Source: Pseudidiomarina andamanensis (GTDB taxonomy: Bacteria; Pseudomonadota; Gammaproteobacteria; Enterobacterales; Alteromonadaceae). From it: DNA of 32,000 bases. The stretch lies in contig NZ_CP032551.1 of the NCBI RefSeq assembly GCF_009734345.1, forward strand, positions 960,001 through 992,000, written 5' to 3'. Under the pieces are notes generated by a model. The model was not told the origin of the DNA and did not search any database. It was given only the letters and a program-made list of their open reading frames with translations. The position numbers and the translations under genes are program-made. Position 1 is the stretch's first letter. Each line of letters opens with the position of its first letter. Below are positions 18,158-28,072 of the stretch, one piece after another.

Positions 18158-19367
18158 TGTCGTTACCTGCTACAACTTCAGCCGGCTGCTCTTTGGTTTC
18201 TTGCTGCTTGATGATTGGGTCGCCCGGAATACGCACTTTCATGCTTGGTAGCGCATTCGATAACTGCGTTAGAACGATTAAATCGCCGTTATCTAAACCT
18301 TCGTTAATGACAACATGCTGCGCTTCTGATCGTACGATATTGACGTCACGTTGCTCTAAACGTCGGTCCTCACCAACAACCCAAAGCGTGTTGTTAATTG
18401 AAAGTGCATAGCGCGGCACTTGGAATACCTGTTGAGCCTCGATGCCGTCAATCACTAACTCGACAAAACGACCGAACCGTAGAGGTACAGGATGACGATC
18501 TGATTTTAAGTTATACGGGTCTTCTACTTCCACAACGCCATAAATCACGCGGCTATTTTGATCAAGTACACCTTCGCTACGAACGAGTTTGCCGTGCCAA
18601 GTATATTTCACCCCAGCAACATCACTGGTTAATGCAACATGTGGATAAGCCCCATCATGATTCGCTTCAGGAAGATCAATATAAGCTAAGTCACGGTCAC
18701 TCAACGGCACACGTACTTCTGCAATTTCTGAGCCGTAAAGCGCACCAACCTGCGTATTCATTGTGACAAACTGGCCAATATCGACGTTTTTATTCTGCAG
18801 AATGCCATCGTAAGGAGCACGAATCACTGTTCTATCTAAATCACGTTGTGCTTTCGCAACGCCCGCTTCAGCTGACTGAACAGCAGCAACCGCACTAGCG
18901 ACCTGAGGCTCACGAATACCTAACGCTGGAATCTCACCCATTTGTAGTGATTCCCACTCGTCTTTTGCGACTTTCGCTCGAGCGCTTTCCTCTGCTAAGG
19001 CTGCCTTAGCTTGCGCCAGTGATGCTTTAGCACTTTGCAATGCAACACGATAATCAGCAGGGTCGATACGAACAATCACATCGCCTTTATTAAAAAAGCC
19101 ACCATTTTCAAAGTTGTCCGATATTTCGATAATTTGACCACTGACTTGGGTAACCAAATTGGTCATATGCTTTGGTCTAACGTTACCTTGGCCTTTAACT
19201 TGGAAACGGATATTTTCAGCCTTTGCTTCGACCACCTCTACCAATACTGGCGGTCGCTCATTGCTTCGCTGCGGTGGTTTCGGGCGTAGTGCCGTCATTA
19301 AAATCAACAATAGAATTGCGACAATTAAAATGAGAGGGGGTAATAGTGCGCGTTTCTTAAAGGCCAT
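18150..19367 (-). CDS. RND efflux periplasmic adaptor (membrane fusion protein, HlyD family)
   Basis: N-terminal membrane anchor LLPPLILIVAILLLILMTAL. A coiled-coil hairpin (ALQSAKASLAQAKAALAEESARAKVAKDE...AVQSAEAGVAKAQRDLDRTVIRAPYDG) is followed by beta-barrel/MP domains. Confidence 0.85.
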   Translation of the reverse strand: MAFKKRALLPPLILIVAILLLILMTALRPKPPQRSNERPPVLVEVVEAKAENIRFQVKGQGNVRPKHMTNLVTQVSGQIIEISDNFENGGFFNKGDVIVRIDPADYRVALQSAKASLAQAKAALAEESARAKVAKDEWESLQMGEIPALGIREPQVASAVAAVQSAEAGVAKAQRDLDRTVIRAPYDGILQNKNVDIGQFVTMNTQVGALYGSEIAEVRVPLSDRDLAYIDLPEANHDGAYPHVALTSDVAGVKYTWHGKLVRSEGVLDQNSRVIYGVVEVEDPYNLKSDRHPVPLRFGRFVELVIDGIEAQQVFQVPRYALSINNTLWVVGEDRRLEQRDVNIVRSEAQHVVINEGLDNGDLIVLTQLSNALPSMKVRIPGDPIIKQQETKEQPAEVVAGNDNE

Positions 19368-19490
19368 AACATCCCAGTTCCGTAAGTTAAAATTCTTAAA
19401 TAAATTTCTTAGCGTATAGTATGACTAAAACTGACCAAAGCCGTTAGTAACAATGTGTTAGCAGTTGTAAACGAAACCGAATAATTACGC

Positions 19491-21452
19491 TTAACCGTTC
19501 AACAAATAACTTTCGCCAGCTTCAATTGCGCGAGGACCTCCAGATAACAACACAATGTCATCTTGCAATAGTTCAAAATCACCATGAACTTCGGTGAACT
19601 CTTGTTCACCTCGACGCACAGATTTGATTTGAAGATTCAAATCATCTAACCCTAAATCAATCAGTTTTTTGCCACACGCAAATGCATTTTTAGGTAGTGC
19701 TACCGCGTGAAGAAATTGGAGACGATCCAGTTTTTCAGGATCCATATCCGTCGTCTCACCAGGATAAAATCCGTGCATATCGCCATAATGTGAGCGACGC
19801 GCATGATCTAGTCGGGAAAGTATTTTCCGAATGGGCACACCAGAGCGGCTTAGAATTTGTGAAACTAACATGAGGCTTGCTTCTAACGTATCGGGCACAA
19901 CTTGGGTAGCACCAGCTTCCATCATTGCTTTGAGGCGCATATCGTCCCGGCTTCGAACAATAATTTCGGCATGTTCATTCAGATTCCGTATCGCCTTAAG
20001 AACATCTAGCGCCCGCTCATCATCGGCAAAACTAATGATGATCAGCTCAGCCTCGTCAGCGTGCACTGCTCGTAAAATATCGCGACGAACAGCATTACCA
20101 AAAAACACTTTTTGGCCGCCGGCAACCGCTTCTTGGACGCGCTTGGCATCGTGATCAATCGCCAAATAATCAATCCCTTCGTTATTCAAAAATCGAGCTA
20201 TGGTTTGCCCAACGCGACCGAACCCTAAAATCAATACACGGGAATGCTCGTCGGTAGGATGTGGCAAATTGTCTTCATCATGTTGAGTTATTGGTCGAAT
20301 GATATAGCTGACAAGTGATTTGCAGCGCTGAATCATGAGTGGTGTTAGCGCCATACCAAACACACCAACACCAACCAAAATAGAAGCTGTGGTTGCATCA
20401 AAAAGCTCAAAACTTAATGCCAGCGACGCTAATACAAAACCGAATTCACCCATTTGGAATAACATTAAACCAGAGCCCCAGGCGTCTTCTTTGCGCTCCC
20501 CCATGAATCCGGCTAGCACTCGTACAATGACCAACTTAATTAAACCAACACCTAGTACAATTCCTATTATCCAATGGAGATTGGCGATGAACACATCAAG
20601 ATCAAGTTGCATACCAACCGTGCTAAAGAACAAGCCCATTAAAATGTCGCGAAACGGCCGAATATCTGCTTCCAATTGGTGCTTATATTTACTCTCACCT
20701 AACATCATGCCGGCTAAAAATGCGCCTAACGCCATTGATAAGCCAAACAAGTGCGTCATACCACCAGCAACTAACGCAACGAGCAAGGTCGCCAATACGA
20801 ATAATTCGTCTGTTCTTAGCTTTGCAATTTCTCGAAACACGTGCGGTAGCACCCACTTGCCAATGGCCATAAGCACTAACACCACCGCTGTTCCTTTCAA
20901 TAAGGCATAGCCAAGGCTTTCCCACATCGAAATGTCACTACTTGATGCAAGTAGAGGAATAATGATCAACATGGGGACAACAGCAATGTCTTGGAAGAGC
21001 AAAACCGCGACGGTCATTTGCCCTTTCTTTGAGGTAAGTTGAGATGATTCGCCTAGCTGCTTGATAACCACGGCGGTTGACGAAAGTGCCAACGTACAAC
21101 CGATAATAAATGCGCTGACCCAATCGTCTACAAAATAAACCGCAAGCAAAGCAAATAAAGCGGTACAGAGCACAACCTGCCCTGCACCCAAGCCAAACAC
21201 TTGGTTTCGCATCGCAATCATTTTGGGAAGTGAAAACTCGAGACCAAGTGAAAAAAGAAGCAGCACAATGCCAAGTTCAGCAACAAAGTGGTATTCGTCG
21301 GGGTCGGCAATCCATGCCATGACATCAGGGCCCGCGATAATTCCAGCGGTTAAGTAAGCTAATATTGCTGGTAGTTTCACTTTTCGAAACGCCCAAACCA
21401 ATACAACAGCTATGGCTAATAACAGCAGAATATCAGTAAATCCGCTATTCAC
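19491..21452 (-). CDS. CPA2-family monovalent cation:proton antiporter with C-terminal RCK (TrkA-N/TrkA-C) domains, KefB/YbaL-like
   Basis: About 12 TM helices of the Na+/H+-exchanger type, then the Rossmann motif ILGFGRVGQ and a TrkA-C-like tail. I prefer the GTG at 21452 (VNSGFTDILLLL...), with GGGAG 5 nt upstream. The track start at 21485 lies inside the preceding gene. Confidence 0.85.
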   Translation of the reverse strand: MNSGFTDILLLLAIAVVLVWAFRKVKLPAILAYLTAGIIAGPDVMAWIADPDEYHFVAELGIVLLLFSLGLEFSLPKMIAMRNQVFGLGAGQVVLCTALFALLAVYFVDDWVSAFIIGCTLALSSTAVVIKQLGESSQLTSKKGQMTVAVLLFQDIAVVPMLIIIPLLASSSDISMWESLGYALLKGTAVVLVLMAIGKWVLPHVFREIAKLRTDELFVLATLLVALVAGGMTHLFGLSMALGAFLAGMMLGESKYKHQLEADIRPFRDILMGLFFSTVGMQLDLDVFIANLHWIIGIVLGVGLIKLVIVRVLAGFMGERKEDAWGSGLMLFQMGEFGFVLASLALSFELFDATTASILVGVGVFGMALTPLMIQRCKSLVSYIIRPITQHDEDNLPHPTDEHSRVLILGFGRVGQTIARFLNNEGIDYLAIDHDAKRVQEAVAGGQKVFFGNAVRRDILRAVHADEAELIIISFADDERALDVLKAIRNLNEHAEIIVRSRDDMRLKAMMEAGATQVVPDTLEASLMLVSQILSRSGVPIRKILSRLDHARRSHYGDMHGFYPGETTDMDPEKLDRLQFLHAVALPKNAFACGKKLIDLGLDDLNLQIKSVRRGEQEFTEVHGDFELLQDDIVLLSGGPRAIEAGESYLLNG

Positions 21453-21454
21453 AG

Positions 21455-22336
21455 TCACTCCCTGAGTCGATATAAACCAACACATATAAGCGATAAGCCA
21501 ATGAGTGTGGTTATTTGAATGGTCTCACCGAGTATAAAATAAATTAAGATCAATGAAATAAATGGGCTCAAAAAAATTAACGTTGATATTTGGGCCGTTT
21601 TCGTCGCTAATCGCATGGCTGTTAACCACAAGAAGAACGTGATACCCATTTCAAACAGACCAACATAGACGCCCGCCCAAATACCTTGCCAAGGAACATT
21701 AAAGTAACTGGATTGTGTATCAACACTGGTATTTATTAAATTGAAGAGCACAAGCCAAAGGCTGCCCCAAGCAAAGCACCAAAACAGGGCTGGCACCGGT
21801 TTATCTGTATTTTTTGTGTTCAACAACCAATAACTTGCCCATAACAACGTACTGAATAAGGCTAAGCCAATGCCAATCCAGTTGGTTTGAGCGAAATCCC
21901 AATTACCGCCAGTGGCGATCAGAAAAACGCCAACATACGCTAACAGCATAGCAAACAGCTCTTTTGCCGTAAGCTTTTGGTTTAAAAACGGTACCGCTAG
22001 CAGCGACATGGTGATTGCCCAAGTGTAATTAATGGCTTGAGCTTGCTGCGCCGGTAATTGGTTATATGCCGCAAACAGCACCCAGTAATAAGCAGCAGGG
22101 TTAATAAAGCCTTGTAGCGCATAGAAGCCAATACGCGTGCGCCCCACTTGCCAGACTTCGCGCCAGCGTCGTTGAACTGAGAGAATGGCAGCAAACGTGA
22201 GTAAGCTCGTTAATGCAGCAATCGAGAGTAACTGCAACGGGGTTAAATAACGCAATGCCAATTTAAAGGCCGTTGCGACTGTCGACCACAGCAACACTGC
22301 GGCGAGCGCGTAGATAATCGCTTTACGCTGGTCCAT
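21455..22336 (-). CDS. EamA/DMT-superfamily transporter
   Basis: 293 aa with 10 predicted TM helices in two similar halves. The N-terminus AIIYALAAVLLWSTVATAFKLAL is typical of EamA repeats. AAGGGA lies 4 nt upstream of the ATG. Confidence 0.8.
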   Translation of the reverse strand: MDQRKAIIYALAAVLLWSTVATAFKLALRYLTPLQLLSIAALTSLLTFAAILSVQRRWREVWQVGRTRIGFYALQGFINPAAYYWVLFAAYNQLPAQQAQAINYTWAITMSLLAVPFLNQKLTAKELFAMLLAYVGVFLIATGGNWDFAQTNWIGIGLALFSTLLWASYWLLNTKNTDKPVPALFWCFAWGSLWLVLFNLINTSVDTQSSYFNVPWQGIWAGVYVGLFEMGITFFLWLTAMRLATKTAQISTLIFLSPFISLILIYFILGETIQITTLIGLSLICVGLYRLRE

Positions 22337-22362
22337 GTTGTCCCTTGAACAATTGGCTGAAA

Positions 22363-23406
22363 TTACACACGCCAGCGCGACTTTTTAGTAAGAACAAGAA
22401 GTCTATCTTTGTTATCTGCGGTCATGCGTTGCACAGAGCAGTTCGCCCATTCAACACACGGGTTCGCATCGTTTGTTGTCAACAACATTTGCGTGCGTAG
22501 CTGTTCAAGCTGGGCAAAGGATGGAATGGCTGCTTGTTGTGTCTGTAACCAATAACGCAATACGCCTCGCTGTAGTTGTTCACTCGCCTGTTGCAACCAA
22601 CGTGTTGCTAAATTGCCATGACTATCAATATGCGGTTTCACACGGTCTTCAAGTAACTCTTCCATCAACTGCTGGGTTTCGCTACACAGCTGCGCACTTC
22701 GCAGCACCGCTTGACCAAAATGCGGCCAACGCTCCTCTAACTTCGGAACCACTTCATGGCGCAAGAAATTGCGTTCGATACTGGTGTCGTAATTCGTATC
22801 ATCTTCAACCCAGAACAACTGGTGAGCATGCGCATAGCGATAAATATCTTCCTTACTGACATCCAACAACGGCCTTAACCAACTTTGATCACCTTTGTAA
22901 CTATGCATTGCCATTGCCGCTAAACCCTTGGGCCCGGCGCCACGCTTCAACTGCAGTAAAAAGGTTTCAATTTGATCGTTACGGTGTTGACCGAGCAGGA
23001 ACAAGGCATCGGCTTCAGCAATTTCGCTTAAGCGCTGATATCTTGCTTCGCGTCCCGCAGCTTCTTTGCTGATACGGCTTCCTGAAGCAACGTGCAGAGG
23101 TTCACAGATCATCGGGAAGTTACGCCGTTGACAGTCGTCTACTAACCCTTGAGCCCATGCTCCTGAGCTCGGGTGAAATGCATGATCTAAATGCACTGCC
23201 AAATAATTGAATTGCGGAAACTCATGGCGAAACTGGTCGGTTAAATCAAGCACGGTTTGTGAATCCGCGCCGCCACCAAGGCACACAATAATTTGCTGGC
23301 GCGGTTCTAGTTTAGTGGCGAGTAGACGCTGCTTAAATAACGTATAAAGGGGATCAGCGTTACCGCTGTCCCCTTTGCTATCTTTTGTCGATGTCGCATC
23401 ATTCAA
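22363..23406 (-). CDS. tilS: tRNA(Ile)-lysidine synthetase, short form lacking the C-terminal TilS_C domain
   Basis: PP-loop LGGGADS (SGGxDS variant), GQHRNDQIETFLLQLKRGAGPKGL, RPLL, DDTNYDTSIERNFLRHEVVP. Collinear with roughly the first 320 residues of E. coli TilS. It holds the conserved position after dnaE-accA. TTG start with GGAG 9 nt upstream; the start is less certain. Confidence 0.8.
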   Translation of the reverse strand: MNDATSTKDSKGDSGNADPLYTLFKQRLLATKLEPRQQIIVCLGGGADSQTVLDLTDQFRHEFPQFNYLAVHLDHAFHPSSGAWAQGLVDDCQRRNFPMICEPLHVASGSRISKEAAGREARYQRLSEIAEADALFLLGQHRNDQIETFLLQLKRGAGPKGLAAMAMHSYKGDQSWLRPLLDVSKEDIYRYAHAHQLFWVEDDTNYDTSIERNFLRHEVVPKLEERWPHFGQAVLRSAQLCSETQQLMEELLEDRVKPHIDSHGNLATRWLQQASEQLQRGVLRYWLQTQQAAIPSFAQLEQLRTQMLLTTNDANPCVEWANCSVQRMTADNKDRLLVLTKKSRWRV

Positions 23407-23422
23407 CGCGCATCACTCCATG

Positions 23423-24379
23423 TTAACAATAACCAAATGACATCAGTTTTTGATATCGCTGCTCAAGACGAGCGGCACTATCTAAATTTACCAATGAATC
23501 GAGGTCTGCTAGCAGTTGTTTTTTCAAACGGCGTGCCATTTCTTCATGGTCACGATGTGCACCACCGATTGGCTCGGCAATAATTGAATCAATCAATCCG
23601 AGTTCTTTTGAACGTTGCGCTGTCACGCCCATCGCTTCGGCTGCTAAAGGTGCTTTCTCGGCACTCTTCCACAGAATAGATGCACAGCCTTCAGGTGAAA
23701 TGACCGAGTAGGTTGAGTACTGCAGCATGTTTACACGGTCACCCACACCAATGGCGAGCGCGCCGCCAGAACCACCTTCACCAATAACAGTACAGATGAT
23801 CGGCGTATTCAAACGCGCCATCACTTTCAAGTTACGAGCAATGGCTTCTGATTGACCACGTTCTTCAGCACCGATACCTGGGTATGCGCCTGGCGTGTCG
23901 ATAAAGGTAATAATTGGCAGTTTGAATCGCTCCGCCATTTCCATTAAGCGCAACGCTTTGCGATAACCCTCTGGTTTTGGCATACCGAAATTACGGCGAA
24001 TTTTCTCTTTGGTTTCGCGACCTTTTTGATGACCGATAACCATCACTGGCTTGCCACCAATACGCGCGGTACCACCAACAATTGCCTCATCGTTCGCAAA
24101 CGCTCGGTCACCGGCCAACTCATCAAAGTCTTCAAAAATGTGTTGAATGTAATCAAGCGTATAAGGACGCAACGGATGGCGCGCGAGTTGCGCGACCTGC
24201 CAAGCGCCCAAATCGCCAAAGATCTTCTCAACTAATTGCTCACGCTTCTCTTGAAGCTTGGCGATTTCCTCTTCAATAGAAATATCAAAATCGCCTTTTG
24301 CGCCAACCGCTTTTAATTCTTCGATTTGCGCCTGAAGTTCTGCAATAGGCTGTTCAAAATCTAAAAATTTAAGACTCAT
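23423..24379 (-). CDS. accA: acetyl-CoA carboxylase carboxyltransferase alpha subunit
   Basis: [22 protein letters not shown]..., [27 protein letters not shown]. Start taken at the ATG at 24379, with GGAG 6 nt upstream. The track start at 24391 contains that SD. Confidence 0.95.
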   Translation of the reverse strand: MSLKFLDFEQPIAELQAQIEELKAVGAKGDFDISIEEEIAKLQEKREQLVEKIFGDLGAWQVAQLARHPLRPYTLDYIQHIFEDFDELAGDRAFANDEAIVGGTARIGGKPVMVIGHQKGRETKEKIRRNFGMPKPEGYRKALRLMEMAERFKLPIITFIDTPGAYPGIGAEERGQSEAIARNLKVMARLNTPIICTVIGEGGSGGALAIGVGDRVNMLQYSTYSVISPEGCASILWKSAEKAPLAAEAMGVTAQRSKELGLIDSIIAEPIGGAHRDHEEMARRLKKQLLADLDSLVNLDSAARLEQRYQKLMSFGYC

Positions 24380-24397
24380 TATGGCTCCCATTTGCCA

Positions 24398-27300
24398 TTA
24401 AAATTCGAGTTCAACCGCTTGCTGACCAAGCTGTTGCTGCAACTCATACATCAATTCATCGGTTGGGGTCACATACCATTCTGTGGCCGCCACATAGTCT
24501 GCCGTTAAATCTGGACGCACATAACGGATGTGCAACGGGCACGTGCCCTGTTTAAAAGGCTCAATCAACTGTTTTAATTGAGTGAGGCCCTGCCCTTCTA
24601 ACTGTTCGTGACGCACTGTCAAACGTAAAGTTTTGGCATATTGCTCACGCATGCCGACAATGGTCATCACCTCTCGAGCCGTCATTGTATTGGCAGAGGA
24701 GTAATCATCAAAGCTGACCTCTCCTTTTACCACCAAAATTTGGTCTTTTTCGAGTAAGTGTTGATAATTTTCATAATCTTTAGCATAAAAACGCACATCA
24801 AATCGCGCGGTTTTATCATGTAACGTAACAATTGCCCAGCGTTGATTCTGCCGATTCAACATCGTGCGTACATCCACCACAAGGCCTGCAACCGTTGTCG
24901 TTTGATCGCGCCCCGTCGGCCGCACATCTGCTAGCACGCATGGCACATAGTTTTTCAGCTCTTTGCGGTATCGATTTACCGGATGCCCCGTTAAGTATAG
25001 CCCAAGAGTTTCACGCTCGCCCTCTAACCACATTGCTTCCGGCCATGGCGGCACTTGCACAAACTCATGTTCAATTTCAACATCATCGGCAGTTGAAGCG
25101 AGTACACCAAATAAATCACTTTGCCCAATTGCTTCCGCGCGAGCGTGCTGTTCCGCCTGACGCATGGCTTTTTCAAGGGTAGCCATAATAGTGGCTCGAT
25201 GCGGTCCGAGTGAATCCATGGCGCCAGCTTTGATCAACTTTTCGAGTACGCGGCGATTTAACTTTTTCAAATCCACACGGCAACAAAAATCAAAGAGATC
25301 GGTAAATGAACCTTCTTCGCGAGCCGCCAGAATGGCCTCAATTGGGCCTTCGCCGACACCTTTGATGGCGCCAATACCGTAGACAATTCGCTGCTGTTCA
25401 TCCACGGTAAATTTATAACGACCCACGTTCACATCTGGCGGCAGTACTTTCAGCCCCATGTTTTCGCATTCATCAACCAAGGTGACAATTTTATCGGTGT
25501 TGTCCATATCAGCGGACATCACGGCGGCCATAAATTCAGCTGGATAATGGGTCTTCATCCATAGCGTTTGATAAGAAACCAAAGCATAAGCAGCCGAGTG
25601 CGATTTGTTAAAACCATAACCTGCAAATTTTTCTACCAGGTCGAATATCTTGATTGCCAAATCGCCATCAATACCATTCTTTCGAGCACCTTCTTCAAAC
25701 ACCGCTCGTTGCTTCGCCATCTCTTCAGGCTTTTTCTTACCCATTGCACGTCGCAATAAATCAGCGCCACCGAGCGAATAGCCTGCAAGAACCTGAGCAA
25801 TCTGCATCACCTGCTCTTGATAGAGAATAACGCCATAAGTCGGCTCAAGAATCGGCTTCAGTGATTCATGCTGATAATCTTTGTCTGGATAAGATATTGC
25901 TTCGCGTCCGTGCTTACGGTCAATAAAGTTATCAACCATGCCTGATTGCAAAGGGCCTGGTCGGAATAGAGCCACCAATGCGATGATATCTTCAAAACTA
26001 TCCGGCAGAAGCTTTTTAATAAGCTGCTTCATGCCCGATGATTCCAACTGGAATACTGCAGTCGTTGCGCCTTTTTTCAATAGCCGAAAACAAGCCGGAT
26101 CATCAAGTGGTATGTGGTTAATATCAATGGCAGGTTGACCGTCGCGTTGACGATTCGCATTAACCATATCCAATGCCCATTGAATAATTGTAAGCGTGCG
26201 CAGCCCCAAGAAGTCGAACTTCACCAGTCCTGCCGCTTCCACATCGTTCTTATCAAACTGCGTGACCGGTTGTTTGCCTTCTTCGTCACAATACAACGGT
26301 GAGAAATCGGTGATACGTTCTGGTGCAATGACCACACCACCCGCGTGTTTACCGGCATTTCGCGTGACGCCTTCAAGAATACGTGCCATGTCGATAATTT
26401 CACGAACATCATCATCTTGTTCGTACATTTCGACTAGTCGTGATTCAACCTCAAAGGCTTTCTCAAGCGTCATACCCGGATCACCCGGAACTAACTTGGT
26501 AATTTTATCCACAAAGCCATAGGGGTGACCAAGTACACGACCCACATCTCGAATGGAAGCTTTCGCGGCCATGGTACCAAAGGTGATGATCTGTGATACC
26601 GCTTCACGTCCATATAACTCGGCCACGTGGTCAATCACTTCGTCACGCCGGTCCATACAAAAATCGATATCGAAATCGGGCATCGAGACCCGCTCTGGGT
26701 TCAAGAATCGCTCGAAAAGTAAGTCGAGCTCAAGTGGATCAAGATCAGTAATTTTTAACGCATAGGCGACTAACGAGCCTGCACCTGACCCTCGTCCTGG
26801 CCCCACCGGAATATTGTTATCTTTTGACCACTGAATAAATTCCATCACGATCAAGAAGTAGCCCGGGAACCCCATTTGGTTGATTACATCGAGTTCTATC
26901 TTCAAACGTTCATCGTACGGTTTGCGTAATTCGAGTCGTTGTTGCGGATCAGGGAATAAAACTTCTAACCGCTGCTCAAGGCCTTCTTGTGATTTTTTCA
27001 CTAAAAAATCTTCCGGTGTCATACCACCGGTCGGAAATTCAGGTAGAACATACTCATCAAGCTTAACCGTCACGTTGCACCGTTTCGCAATTTCGACAGT
27101 ATTGGCAAGTGCCTCGGGAATGTCTGAGAACAACTCAGCCATTTCTTCTGCACTCTTTAAATATTGCTCTGAGCTATATTTCTTCGGTCGACGCTTGTCA
27201 TCTAGTGTATAACCGTCCGATACGGCAACACGAACCTCATGTGCGGTGAAATCTTCGGGCCTCAAAAACATCACTTCGTTGGTTGCCACTACCGGTGTAT

Positions 27301-27901
27301 CGGTTTCTGCAGCTAATGCAACCGCTGCATGAACATATTCATCTTCACCGGCACGCCCAGTACGCTGTAACTCAAGGTAAAAACGATCAGCAAAATACTG
27401 CTGATAAAACTGTAGTAATTGTTGAGCTTCGGCGTGACGATTTTGAAGTAACTTGCGACCGATGTCGCCCTCTCGGCCACCAGATAAGAGAATGAGTCCT
27501 TGATGATACTCTGCCAGCCACTCTTGATTGATACAAGGCTTGCCACAGCGGTGTCCGGCCAAATAGCCACGACTAATTAATTGTGTCAGTTGCTGATAGC
27601 CATCATTGTTCATGGCGAGTACGGTTAATCGAAATGGCTCTTCTTGGGAGTCTGTCGTCCAGCCTTCTGGCAACACCCATAAATCGCAACCGATGATTGG
27701 CTTTAGACCCTTATCATGCGTGGTGCGATAGAATCGAACCAAACCGCACATATTCATTTGGTCGGTCAACGCCAGTGCAGGCATCCCCATTGCTGCGGTT
27801 GCTTCGCAAATTGGTTTTACCTTCGCTAGCCCATCGATCATTGAGAAATCGCTGTGAATGCGCAGGTGAATAAATTGAGGCGGTTGGTTTACATCGCTCA
27901 T
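24398..27901 (-). CDS. dnaE: DNA polymerase III alpha subunit
   Basis: 1167 aa. PHP domain [19 protein letters not shown], polymerase core [23 protein letters not shown] and [11 protein letters not shown] (catalytic aspartates), and a C-terminal OB-fold region. Confidence 0.97.
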   Translation of the reverse strand: MSDVNQPPQFIHLRIHSDFSMIDGLAKVKPICEATAAMGMPALALTDQMNMCGLVRFYRTTHDKGLKPIIGCDLWVLPEGWTTDSQEEPFRLTVLAMNNDGYQQLTQLISRGYLAGHRCGKPCINQEWLAEYHQGLILLSGGREGDIGRKLLQNRHAEAQQLLQFYQQYFADRFYLELQRTGRAGEDEYVHAAVALAAETDTPVVATNEVMFLRPEDFTAHEVRVAVSDGYTLDDKRRPKKYSSEQYLKSAEEMAELFSDIPEALANTVEIAKRCNVTVKLDEYVLPEFPTGGMTPEDFLVKKSQEGLEQRLEVLFPDPQQRLELRKPYDERLKIELDVINQMGFPGYFLIVMEFIQWSKDNNIPVGPGRGSGAGSLVAYALKITDLDPLELDLLFERFLNPERVSMPDFDIDFCMDRRDEVIDHVAELYGREAVSQIITFGTMAAKASIRDVGRVLGHPYGFVDKITKLVPGDPGMTLEKAFEVESRLVEMYEQDDDVREIIDMARILEGVTRNAGKHAGGVVIAPERITDFSPLYCDEEGKQPVTQFDKNDVEAAGLVKFDFLGLRTLTIIQWALDMVNANRQRDGQPAIDINHIPLDDPACFRLLKKGATTAVFQLESSGMKQLIKKLLPDSFEDIIALVALFRPGPLQSGMVDNFIDRKHGREAISYPDKDYQHESLKPILEPTYGVILYQEQVMQIAQVLAGYSLGGADLLRRAMGKKKPEEMAKQRAVFEEGARKNGIDGDLAIKIFDLVEKFAGYGFNKSHSAAYALVSYQTLWMKTHYPAEFMAAVMSADMDNTDKIVTLVDECENMGLKVLPPDVNVGRYKFTVDEQQRIVYGIGAIKGVGEGPIEAILAAREEGSFTDLFDFCCRVDLKKLNRRVLEKLIKAGAMDSLGPHRATIMATLEKAMRQAEQHARAEAIGQSDLFGVLASTADDVEIEHEFVQVPPWPEAMWLEGERETLGLYLTGHPVNRYRKELKNYVPCVLADVRPTGRDQTTTVAGLVVDVRTMLNRQNQRWAIVTLHDKTARFDVRFYAKDYENYQHLLEKDQILVVKGEVSFDDYSSANTMTAREVMTIVGMREQYAKTLRLTVRHEQLEGQGLTQLKQLIEPFKQGTCPLHIRYVRPDLTADYVAATEWYVTPTDELMYELQQQLGQQAVELEF

Positions 27902-28012
27902 GCTTTATTTCATACAGTATTTAGTCATCATTTGCCTATTGTGCCGCATGCATCAGTGTATGTCATGTAGTGATTGTAGCCTTAACGAAACCCTGTAAAA
28001 AATGCCTAAAAA

Positions 28013-28041
28013 CTGACTAAAAGTTGAAAGGTTGTTATAGT
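28013..28041 (+). promoter_or_regulatory. candidate sigma-70 promoter of the MCE operon
   Basis: CTGACT (28013..28018), a 17-nt spacer, then TATAGT (28036..28041), about 25-30 nt upstream of the start codons. Pattern match only. Confidence 0.3.
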
Positions 28042-28072
28042 ATTTCCTTATCGAATCACTAAGTTGAGCGCA

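Noticed and set aside
20335-20910. 191-aa plus-strand ORF inside the CPA2 antiporter gene
   Set aside because: Ser/Thr/Pro/Asn-rich antisense translation of a membrane-protein gene. No start context.
22337-22362. tilS as a frameshifted or truncated pseudogene
   Set aside because: The ORF is intact through both retained domains. The downstream 26 nt plus the full-length EamA gene leave no remnant of a TilS_C domain in any frame. tilS is normally essential. I treat it as a naturally short form and report it as a finding.
27948-27998. 16-codon Cys-rich micro-ORF (MHQCMSCSDCSLNETL) in the dnaE / MCE-operon divergent region
   Set aside because: No Shine-Dalgarno sequence, and it lies upstream of the only plausible promoter. 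An ORF this short is expected by chance in 162 nt. Worth a glance in ribosome-profiling data only.
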